Translations under genes and position numbers: made by a program | Shown here: one piece after another, positions 54,173 through 64,000 of the stretch | How the letters are laid out: each line of letters opens with the position of its first letter | Position numbering within the stretch: the first letter of the stretch is position 1 | The notes under the pieces: model-generated | What the model was told of the DNA's origin: nothing | Databases searched by the model: none | The model's input: only the letters and a program-made list of their open reading frames with translations | Assembly: GCA_043228905.1 (NCBI GenBank) | Contig: JBHGNT010000001.1 | Coordinates: 16,120,001 to 16,184,000, forward strand | Reading direction: 5' to 3' | From: Azolla caroliniana | Lineage: Eukaryota > Plantae > Polypodiophyta | Length of the DNA stretch: 64,000 nucleotides

Positions 54173-57042
54173 TGTTATGAAGTTCAACAAAGGGAGCCTG
54201 ATTGTGGCTCGGGCCTGGAAGGTAAACACACTGTACCTGATGAATGCCCGGTTATGCCCAGATGAAGTGAACGTGGCATCTGACACTGCCGGTGAGCTGT
54301 GGCACAAGAGGCTGTGTCACATGAGCGAGAAGGGGATGAAGAGGCTTGCAGATGACAACCTCATTCCAGTGAAGAATGTGCACTTGGAGAAGTGCACTGA
54401 TTGTCTGGCCGGTAAACAAAACCGGACCTCCTTCCGATCGAGGCCACCGATGAGACGTAATGCACCACTAGAGTTGGTGCATACTGATGTATATCAAGTG
54501 GACACGAAGTCACATGCCCGATCGCAGTAGTTCATGACGTTCATAGATGACCACAGCCGGAAGCTGTGGACCACAACGTTGAAGACGAAGGATCAGGTGT
54601 TATCCGTCTTCAAAGAGCTCCACGCGAGAGTGGAAAGAGAAACTGGCCGGAAACTGAAGGCGGTTCGAGCAGATAACGGAGGAGAATACCGGGGGCAGTT
54701 CGAGGAGTACTGCCGCTCGAAGGGAATTCAGCTTGAGTTTACCGTGCCGAAGACACCGGAACTAAACAGGCTGGCCGAGAGGATGAACCAGATCATAATG
54801 GAGAGGGTCTGGAGTATGCTGGCGCATGCAAAACTACCCAAGAAGTTTTGGCCTGAGGCACTGTTGACGGCGACATATGTGATAAACAGATCACCCTCAG
54901 TACCCTTGGACGAAGACACGCCACAGAGAGTCTGGACCGGTAAGGAAGTGTCCTACCGACATCTGAAGGTATTCGGGTGTCTTGCGTATGTGCATATAGC
55001 TAAGGACCGGAGAGGAAAACTAGATCTGAAGACCCGACCATGCATATTCCTCGGTTACGGCGACGATGAGTTTGGCTACCGAGTGTGGGACCTGGTTGAC
55101 AAGAAGGTATTCTGGAGTCAAGATATTATCTTCATGGAGGAGAAGACGCTCGCCGACTGGGAGTCGGAGAAGAAGATAATGAACTCCGAGTCGACCGGTA
55201 AGGATCGATTCTACAATGAGCAGACCCAACCGGCAAGAGACCGGTTAGCACTCGAGGAACCGGCCGGTTACGATGAGGATACCGAACCGGCAGAAGAAGA
55301 AGTAGAGGAAGCTGAAACCGGAACTGGCCAAGACCCCAAATTGGATTCGGATGAAGAGCAAATGGAGGGGCCGGTCACCGAAGCCCAAAGACGGAGATAT
55401 CCTCTCAGAGAGAGAAGCCCCCCCCCGGAGATTTCTGGATGCAGAGCATGTGCTGCTAACCGATGAGGGGGAGCTAGAAAGCTTCGAAGAAGCGAAGGAT
55501 GACACCCACAACCGCAAATGGTTAAGTGCCATGCAGAATGAGATGGATTCCCTGCATGAGAACCATATATACAAATTGGTGGAGTTACCGAAAGGAATGC
55601 GGGCACTCCGAAACAAGTGGGTGTACAAGTTGAAACCGGGAGATGCCGGCAACCCCCTGAGATACAAAGCCAGGATCGTGGTGAAGGGGTTCCAGCAGAA
55701 GAAGGGCGTGGACTTCGACGAGATATTTGCCCCGGTAGTAAAGATGACCTCCATCCGGACGGTGCTGAGTATAGCGGCAAGCATGGACCTCGAGGTAGAG
55801 CAGTTGGACGTGAAGATGACATTCCTTCACGGTGACCTTGAAGAGGAGATCTACATGCAGCAACTGGAAGGATTCGTGGAGAAAGGGAAGGAGCACCTGG
55901 TTTGCCGGTTGAAGAAGAGCTTGTACGGACTGAAGTAGGCTCCCCGACAATGGTACCGGAAGTTTGACTCCTTCATGACCGATCAAGGGTACCACAAGAT
56001 GCAGGCCGATCACTGCGTGTTTGTGAAGAAGTTCGAAGGAGGCGACTTCCTGATACTCCTTCTGTACGTGGACGACATGTTGATCGTCGGACGGAACCAA
56101 GCCAGAATACGGATGCTGAAGAAGGCTCTCAACCGAAGTTTCGCGATGAAAGACTTGGGTCCGGCAAGACAGATGCTGGGGATGCATATCATCCGGAACC
56201 GGCCAACGAAGCAATTGTGACTGTCACAGGAGAAATACGTGACAAAGGTGCTTTAGCGGTTCAACATGTTAGAAGCGAAACCGGTCGGATCGACACTCCC
56301 GGGAAACTGCAGATTATTCAGTAAGCAAAGCCCGAAGACGAAAGCAGAGAAGGCTGATATGATGAAGGTTCCATATGCCTCTGTCGTCGGGAGCTTAATG
56401 TACACAATGGTGTGTACCCGACTGGATATAGGATACGCAGTCGGAGTGGTGAGCCGGTTTATGAGCAATCCCGGCAAGGAGCACTAGAACGCGGTCAAAT
56501 GGATACTCCGGTACTTGAAGGGCACTACAAATATGTGTCTCCGATTCGGCTCCAGAAAACCTCAACTTGATGGTTTTACCGATTCGGACATGTCGGCTGA
56601 TGTGGATACCAGCCGGTCTACATCCGGGTATGTAATGACATATGCAGGGGGAGCTGTTTCGTGGCAGTCGAGGCTGCAGAAGACGGTTGTGTTGTCAACC
56701 ATGGAGGCGGAGTACATGGCGGCTGTGGAAGCCGATAAGGAAATATTATGGATGAAGGACTTCATCGGAGAGCTTGGTATCTGGCAAGATGAATACCGGC
56801 TCTATTGCGACAGTCAAAGTGCCATCCACCTTGCTAAGAATGCGGCTTACCATTCCCGAACGAAGCATATCCACTGAAGGTATCACTGGATCCAGGAAAG
56901 AGTAGATGACCAGGAGTTCGCGCTGACGAAGATCCACACGGCCGAGAATGGGTCAGATATACTGACCAAAGTACTGATACCCGACAAGCTGGATGCATGC
57001 CGAAAGCGAATCAGACTAGTAAGACATCCCATGCCGGAGTGA
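54173..57042 (+). pseudogene. pol: Copia B INT-RT-RNase H, multiple stops and a frameshift
   Basis: LWHKRLCH, DNGGEY, KARIVVKGF, YVDDML, FTDSD, SRTKHI. Confidence 0.94.
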
Positions 57043-57121
57043 AGGGGGAGTTTGTTAGGAAAAAGGTCCCTCTGGATGGGAAGTGAGAAGAATAGTACTG
57101 ATGAGCAAACTCGGCCGAGGC

Positions 57122-57261
57122 TGAGAAACGGATGTGGAGTACCCGGCCACAAAAGACCCGGTGAGAACCGGATGACGAGTACCCGGCAACGGAAGACCCG
57201 GTGAGAACCGGATGTGGAGTACCCGGCAACGGAAGACCCGGTGAGAACCGAATGACGAGTG
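57122..57261 (+). repeat. 40-bp tandem repeat (about 3.5 units) in the copia B 3' LTR
   Basis: Unit TGAGAACCGGATG(TG/AC)GAGTACCCGGCAACGGAAGACCCGG. Confidence 0.92.
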
Positions 57262-57766
57262 CCCGGCAAGCGCCAGATGATGCAGGCCCGGTGAGGAGTG
57301 CTCACCGGATGAAGGGACATATTCGTAAATATGTTTCTGAGGGTCCAACGAGGCTATATTTGTAAATAGCCGAAAAGTCATATTAGTATAAATATGACTT
57401 AGGGCAAACTTAGTATTGTTGTTGTCATTCTTGTTGGCGCAAGATTAGAGCGCAACAGTGTACAGAGAGAGAGAGAGAGAGAGAATGAGACGAAGTGTTC
57501 GTATCTCTGTTGTAACCGCCGCCTGTGGCGAAGACAGTGAACAAGAGGTCGTTGCCTCTATGTTCATCCGTTGTATATTGTTACATAGTGATAGTTAGCA
57601 GTCAGTGGACTGCCATGGTTTTTCCCGTGTTTGGGTTTTCCACGTAAACATCCTGTGTACTCTTCTCTCCATTGTGTCGTGCATTCATTCCCCGTTTTCT
57701 GTGTTTGATTCTAAGCTCGGTTGTGGCCGAGCGTTGTTCCAGGAGCGTGTAGTTCCTGTCATAACC

Positions 57767-58690
57767 TTCGGTTGTCTTAGCGAGACTGCCCAACATCCGG
57801 TCAGGAGGGGGAAGATATGAAGTCGGTACCGTATGCATCGACAACTGGCTCCCTTATGTACGTGATGGTCGCGACATGGCCTGATATTCCTCATGCCGTA
57901 GGAGTCGTTAGCAGATTCATGCACAACCCAGGCCGATCGCACTGGAACGTAGTCAAGCATGTGTTCAAATATCTAGCTGGCACAAAAGACCACGACATTC
58001 TTTTTGGCCTGAACTCAACCTCAGGCGTAGTCGGTTACTCCGACTCGGACTTCGCCGGATGTGTGGACAGTCGGAAATCAACAACCGGATATTGTTTCAA
58101 ATTCGGCAATGGAGCAATCTCGTGGAAGTCAGAAATTCAGGAGTGCATGGCAACCTCAATGACCGAAGCGGAATATGTAGCTGCGTCCGACGCGGCAAAA
58201 GAAGCTTTATTGCTCAGTCGGCTGGCGCACACATTTCGACAAGTCGACCTCGACTTGGCTCCAGTTGTCTACAACGACAGTCAGGGTGTTGTTGCTTTGT
58301 CAAAAAACCCGGTTCACCACAACGCCTCCAAGCATATCGATGTTCAAAATCACTTTGTTCGGGACTCCATCATTTAAGGGAAAATCGGTCTCGAGAAGAT
58401 ATCCACAAACGATAATGTCATAGATGGAATGACCAAGTGTCTTTCGGTGGATCGCTTCCGGTCTCTTCGGCACTAGATGGGCATAACGAAAAATCAGTTC
58501 GGTTGAAGTTGGACACACATCACAGGATGGTTTCGGACAACCGACATCGGCTCTTTGAGGATCAGCTTCAGCTCTGCCGACCCGACCGGTTCTGTCTTTT
58601 GTCTTCAGATCTTTCCGACTCGAACAAAAACGATCTGTCCGATAAACCTTGTATATACCTGTAATTCCAGATAACCCATGTATACGCCCA
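57767..58690 (+). pseudogene. Copia A0 RT end, RNase H and 3' UTR; PPT and 3' LTR absent
   Basis: Resumes after the TAACC TSD; SVPYAS..GSLMY, YSDSDFAG; 3' UTR matches family A up to TATACGCCCAT. Confidence 0.93.
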
Positions 58691-61600
58691 TGATATGGCA
58701 AGACTTGAACCCATGACCTTATGCTACATAGGTCGAGCTCTTGACCATTAGACCATACATTGTAATACGTAGAATTTATTATTTTCATTTATATTTTATT
58801 ATAGAAAATTGATGTATATTCTAGATTTCTCTGGAACACTCTAGAAACTTCAGGAGTATTCCTCAGAACACTATAAAAGGAGGCACAAGGCATTATTTCG
58901 AACCAAATCGGTTCAACGCCAGTCTTAAGCCTCCTAGCTACTATTGTACATTCTCTTTACATAATATACATCTTTTCTTATTATCACTTACTCTCTCTCT
59001 CTCTCTCACTCACTCTTTCCTTCTCTTGAGAGTTCTTCACATCTCTTAGTACTAATACTTCTTTTAGTACTAATTCCTTCTCTGTCTTAGTACCGTTCCT
59101 GACAGTTTGAACCGATTTTGCTCGTTCTTCCTTCCTCCTCTTCCTTTCCTCCTCTTCCTTTTATCTTCTTACTAATCCTCTTATCTTCCCTAGTAAAATG
59201 GGAACTGTTAGCGCCCAAGAATACAAATTTGTTTTCTCGGAGCTCCACTGTTTAAAGGAGAAATTGTTAGCACTAGAAGAAGAAAATCATCGTTTGTTGG
59301 GGGATCTTCAACAAATAGCGCTGTAAAACAACAACATGGGGAGCTGACGTTACGTGTACAACAACTCGAAGCGACTATCGTATCATTACAACAACAAGGA
59401 TCAAGCATTGAAGGGATTCACAAAGAACCCAAGATCGGTCTTCCTGCAAAATTTGATGGGACCCGATCACAGTTTAGAAGGTTTTTGAATTAGGTACGTT
59501 TAGTGATACAAATGCATACTTCTCGATATCCCACTGATGCATCACGAGTGGGACTAGTAGGCACTCTCCTTAGTGGCTCAACGTTAGCATGGTTTGCTCC
59601 ATTGTTGGAAAAGGAATCTCCATTACTAAAATGTTTTGAAGAATTTATAAGTGAGTTTAAGGCCTATTTTGGAGATACTGACAGCATAAGGACTGCAATC
59701 AACAAAATCCGGCGATTACGCCAAGGTGACCATCCAGCCTCCGCATACGCTGCAGATTTCCGCCTACTCGCTGCCGATATCCCTTGGGCTGATCACGCAT
59801 TGATGGAGCAATTTCGTTATGGTTTACGCAACGATGTCAAGGATTTACTCTTCACCTTCCCCGAAGAGCCAAAGTCATTAACAGAAGCAATCAGTCGCGC
59901 GGTGTCATGAAGAAAACCGGGCATAGGCGGAATCGGAGAGAAAGGCGCATGAACCGGCTCTTACACGGATGGACGCATGAATTGATATTTTGTACACGAT
60001 TCATAAATGGATCGGTTGATGTAAATACTAAGTAGTACACATTGATTAGGGGGATTGTGCATATCTCTGTCAGAAGGGACAGGGAATAAAGCGATTTGAC
60101 TAGGGAGAAAGGGCACCCCCTTTTGAGAACTATTTAAGGAGAGGAGGGAGGGGAGAAGAGGGGATCGCGCGTTGGCGAGGATGAAGTGCTGCTGCAGAAT
60201 TGAGTGCCGAGCTCTCTCTCCTCCGATCGTCGTTCTCTGCGGGTGTCGGGAGTTCGCTGCCTCTACTCCGTGGACAGCCCGTGTGCTTCCAACAGAGTCT
60301 CTGTCTTCCCTTTTTCCCTTTGCTTCTTCGAGACGTGCAGTTGTCGTCGGTGTGCGTGAGTAGGACCCCGTGTCGGGTCCATTACCGGGTTGCCGGTTGT
60401 AACTGTTCGAGTTGTAAGCTTTTGACTATAGTAATCGGATTCCTGTTTCCTTGCTCTTAATCTCTTCCTGTGTGCTTGCATCTCTCTCTCTCTCTCTCTC
60501 TCACTCTCTCCTTGGTCCAAGACCCTCGTGGTCCCGCCTCTTCCTACACGCGAACGCGAAACTTCGCGATAGCGGTGAGATGCGACAACCGCCTCTTCGA
60601 ACGACGTTCAGAACGACAATTCCAGATTCTGAGGGCAAGATCAGAGCCTACCTACGCCTCAGTGTAGCGAAACCTTTTCCGAGGGAGTCATATAATGCAC
60701 CTCTAGTAAGTACTCCAACTCTGATGGAAATTAACACCACACGTCGTCGTGGACCGCTATCGGAAGAAGAAAAGCAACGACGCTGAGCAAACTGACTATG
60801 TCTTTATTGCGGTGGACCAGGGCATATCGCGGTAAACTGTACCCATAGGCCAAGAAGGCAGGTAAACCAAAATAGGAGCCGTTTGGTTGGAAAACCCTAG
60901 ATCTGTGCAGCCCATTAGTGGTTCCATTCCCTCTAAGAAAGTTAGCAATATGTTCATAGCCCAAGTAACAGTTAGTACTAAAAGTACCCCTCTAGTACAT
61001 GTCTTAGCACTTCTAGATTCCGGAGCTAATTCTTGCTTCATGGATAGGAACTTTGCCCAAGCTCATCAGATATCACTAAGAAAACTCTCGTGTCCAGTCT
61101 CTGTAGTAGTCATTGATGGTCGTCCCATTGCTTCCGGAAATATCATGGAAGAATCACAACCCGTTAATATTGTCCTAGATAATCTAGCATGTGTAGTATC
61201 ATTTAATATAATTAGCATCCCAAAACACACCATTGTTTTAGGATTACCATGGTTCGAATTACATAACCCAGACATAGATTGGAGAACAAGAGAAATCCGG
61301 TATCGAAAAGCCTGAGGATCTACTCATGAGATTGGAACCATTTCGCTACATCAGTTGCGGGAAGAAGGACGCAAGGAAGAAATGTTTCTCTTCGCAATAT
61401 CAGTAAAGCCCTCAGACACCATTAAAGAGGAGTCCATTGTTCAAATTCCAAAGAAGTATCATCATTATGCCGATATGTTCGATAAAGTACAAGCCAATAC
61501 GCTTCCTCACCATCGACCGTATGATTGCCCCATCGATTTACAACCGGGGAAAGAGCCACCATGGGGACCGATCTACAATTTGTCACTAACCGAGCTAGAA

Positions 61601-64000
61601 GTCCTGCGAGCCTATATAGAGGAGAATTTGGAAAATGGTTTCATTCGGCATTCGAAATCTCCAGCCGACGCACCCATTTTCTTCGTCAAGAAAAATGATG
61701 GATCACTTCGTCTCATTGTAGATTACCGTGGATTGAATAAGGTGACAATCAGAAATAGGTATGCACTTCCCCTTATCTCAAGCCTTTTAGAACAGATCAA
61801 TGGTGCCAGGTTCTTCATGAAGATCGACTTACGGGGAGCCTATAACCTCGTACGGATCCGACCAGGAGATGAATGGAAGACCGCATTTCGCACCAGATAA
61901 TGGCACTTCGAGTATACAGTCATGCCGTTCGGCCTCACTAATGCGCCAACAATCTTCCAGCACATGGCAAATGATATATTCCGAGATCTCTTGGATGTTT
62001 GTTTGATCATCTATTTGGATGATCTACTGGTTTATTTGAAGACCCAAGAAGAGCATGATTCTAATGTACTATTAGTACTAAAACGACTTCGAGAACATAG
62101 TCTTTATGCAAAGCTGGAAAAATGTAGTTTTGGGTGCAACCAGGTGGAATTTCTAGGCTATGTCATTTCCTTGGAAGGCATCTCCATGGACCCAGCTAAG
62201 GTCAAAACTGTGGTAGAGTGGCAGAATCCGCGTTTGGTGTGAGATGTGCAATGCTTTTTAGGCTTTGCCAATTTTTATCGGAAGTTCATACAGGATTACT
62301 CAAAGCTCGTTCTGCCTCTCACACAGCTTACCAGGAAGGGACAATCGTTCATTTGGTCTAAAGAAGCGGATATGGCTTTCGAGAGTCTTAAAAATGCATT
62401 CACATCGGCTCCAATTCCAGCTCATGTCGATCTGGAAAAACCAATCATTATCGAAGCAGACGCATCGGATTTCGCATTGGGGAGCATTCTGTCACAACGG
62501 GGTAATGATGAGAAGCTACATCCTGTGGCTTTTCACTCACGCAAGTTTGATGCCACCGAAATCAACTACGAAATTCATGATAAGGAGCTATTGGCAATAG
62601 TGGACTCTTTTACGCAATGGAGGCATTTTCTAGAGGGATCCTCTCATCAAGTCACCGTATTTAGTGACCACAAAAACCTTGCCTACTTTCAGGAGGCTCG
62701 TGTGTTAGATCGACGTCAAGCTCGGTGGGCCCACTTCCTCACGCGTTTCGACTTCAAAATTACATATCGTCCAAGGAAGCACCAAGGGAAGGCAGGTGCA
62801 TTATCACGAAGTTCGTACCTAGCACCGCGTTCCGGCGAGCCATCTTTTGATAACCAAAAGCAAGTAATCTTGGGACCGACACGACTGCAAGCAACACAGG
62901 TCGTTGGCATGCCAATGGATTCCCACGTTATCTATACTATACGTGAGGACTTGAAGACCAATGCTTTCACCCAAGCCATTCTAGCACAAATTGATCCCTC
63001 TCGAGCATCTTGTTCACAATCGCAACCACCAGGTATGGACTATCGGCAATTCAAATACCATGATGGATTACTATTCTTTAATGAACTCTTGTATGTTCCT
63101 AATGGTTCTTGCCGCCTTCGAGTAGTCCAAAATTGTCATGACACATATACAGTTGGGCATGTTGGTAGTACTAAAACATTAGATTTAGTACAACGATAAT
63201 TTTGGTGGCCCCGTATGCGACAATTTGTCGAAGATTTTGTTCGGACTTGTGATACATGCTGTAGAGCAAAAATGCCAAGGCATCATCCATATGGTTTATT
63301 AGAACCATTACCAATTCCAAGCAAGCCGTGGCAATCCATTGCTCTAGACTTCATCACAGATCTTCCAGTCTCTAAGGGGTTCAATGCGATTCTAATAGTC
63401 GTAGATCGATATACGAAGATGGCTCATTTCTTGCCATGTACTAAGGAAATATCCAATGAAGAAACCGCTGAAATTGTCATGCGTGAAGTATGTCGATATC
63501 ATGGCCTTCCCGATAGTATCATCAACGACCATGGACCCCAGTTCGTATCGAAATTCTGGAAGCACCTTTTTAAAATGCTCAAGGTCACGTGTAACCTCTC
63601 CTCCGGCTACCACCCACAAACGGATGGCCAAGCAGAACGAACAAATCAAACATTGGAGGAGTATCGTCGGTGCTTTCTAAGCTATCATCAGGATGACTGG
63701 GTAGATATTCTCCACTTCACCGAATTTGCCTACAATAACTCTGTCCGCGCATCGACTAAAGTTATGCCATTTTATGCTTATACGGGTTCTCACCCCCGGT
63801 GGTGTGTATTTGAAACCCTAGAATTGTTCACAAATCCTTGCGTAGAGGATCATTTAGAGCGGTTACGCAAGATACAAGCCGATTTATCTACTCATCTGCA
63901 ACAAGCTCAACAAACACACAAGGTTTACGTGGATCGGTATCGACTTCCATCCAGTTTTAACATTGGAGATCGGGTATGGCTACTACGAAGACACATCAAG
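58689..64000 (+). mobile_element. Old Tcn1-like chromovirus G (relative of F), degenerate, runs off the window
   Basis: 5' LTR about 58689-59104 homologous to the F LTR; gag from 59198; PR LLDSGAN, RT YLDD, RNase H and INT with many stops. Confidence 0.94.
59903..60571 (+). mobile_element. Solo LTR of an E-related gypsy inserted in G gag
   Basis: Starts TGTCATGAAGAAAACCG and ends ...CGTGGTCCC..CTACACGC..CGCGATA, like the E LTR; 4-bp TSD GCGG at 59899-59902 and 60572-60575; G gag reads SRAV|RCD across it. Confidence 0.9.

Larger units (their letters stand above)
3169..57761 (+). mobile_element. Ty1/copia element B (second family, Tnt1/Tork-like), degenerate, hosts C
   Basis: LTRs 3169-3759 and 57053-57761 (TG...CA); 5-bp TSD TAACC at 3164-3168 and 57762-57766; tRNA-iMet PBS 3762-3773; PPT GAAGGGGGAG 57041-57050. 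Confidence 0.96.

Noticed and set aside
63832-63839. Telo-box AAACCCTA (also near 60893)
   Set aside because: Single 8-mers inside G coding sequence colinear with F; compatible with chance

Overview
Eukaryotic DNA, very probably from a non-seed land plant such as a moss (inferred from Tcn1-like chromoviruses plus tRNA-Trp-primed Phygy/Selgy-like gypsies). The window consists entirely of nested LTR retrotransposons, with no host genes. Matching LTRs and target-site duplications (TSDs) resolve a seven-level nest: old copia A0 (874-58690) > copia B (3169-57761) > gypsy C (4643-54168) > gypsy D (9852-52869) > copia A2 (16642-40388) > gypsy E (18106-30703, minus) > copia A3 (20201-25631, minus). 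Copia A1 and A4 also sit in D, and an intact Tcn1-like chromovirus F sits in A2. The nest is flanked by the 3' LTR of another gypsy (34-873) and by an old Tcn1-like element G that carries a solo LTR. The most notable signals concern the Trp-primed gypsy lineage: all five visible insertion sites are centred on CpG (four paired 4-bp TSDs plus one single flank); a covarying G_GAU_UUU plus H-type pseudoknot -1 frameshift lies downstream of the protease; and a covarying hairpin with a palindromic loop lies just before the PPT. Antisense tRNA-like Pol III A/B-box cassettes occur in the U3 of two unrelated gypsy lineages. Also seen: covariation-supported self-priming in the Tcn1-like elements, a telomere-repeat filler at a deletion junction, and recombinant mosaicism among the young copia copies. 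All comparisons were made by eye; no databases were searched.
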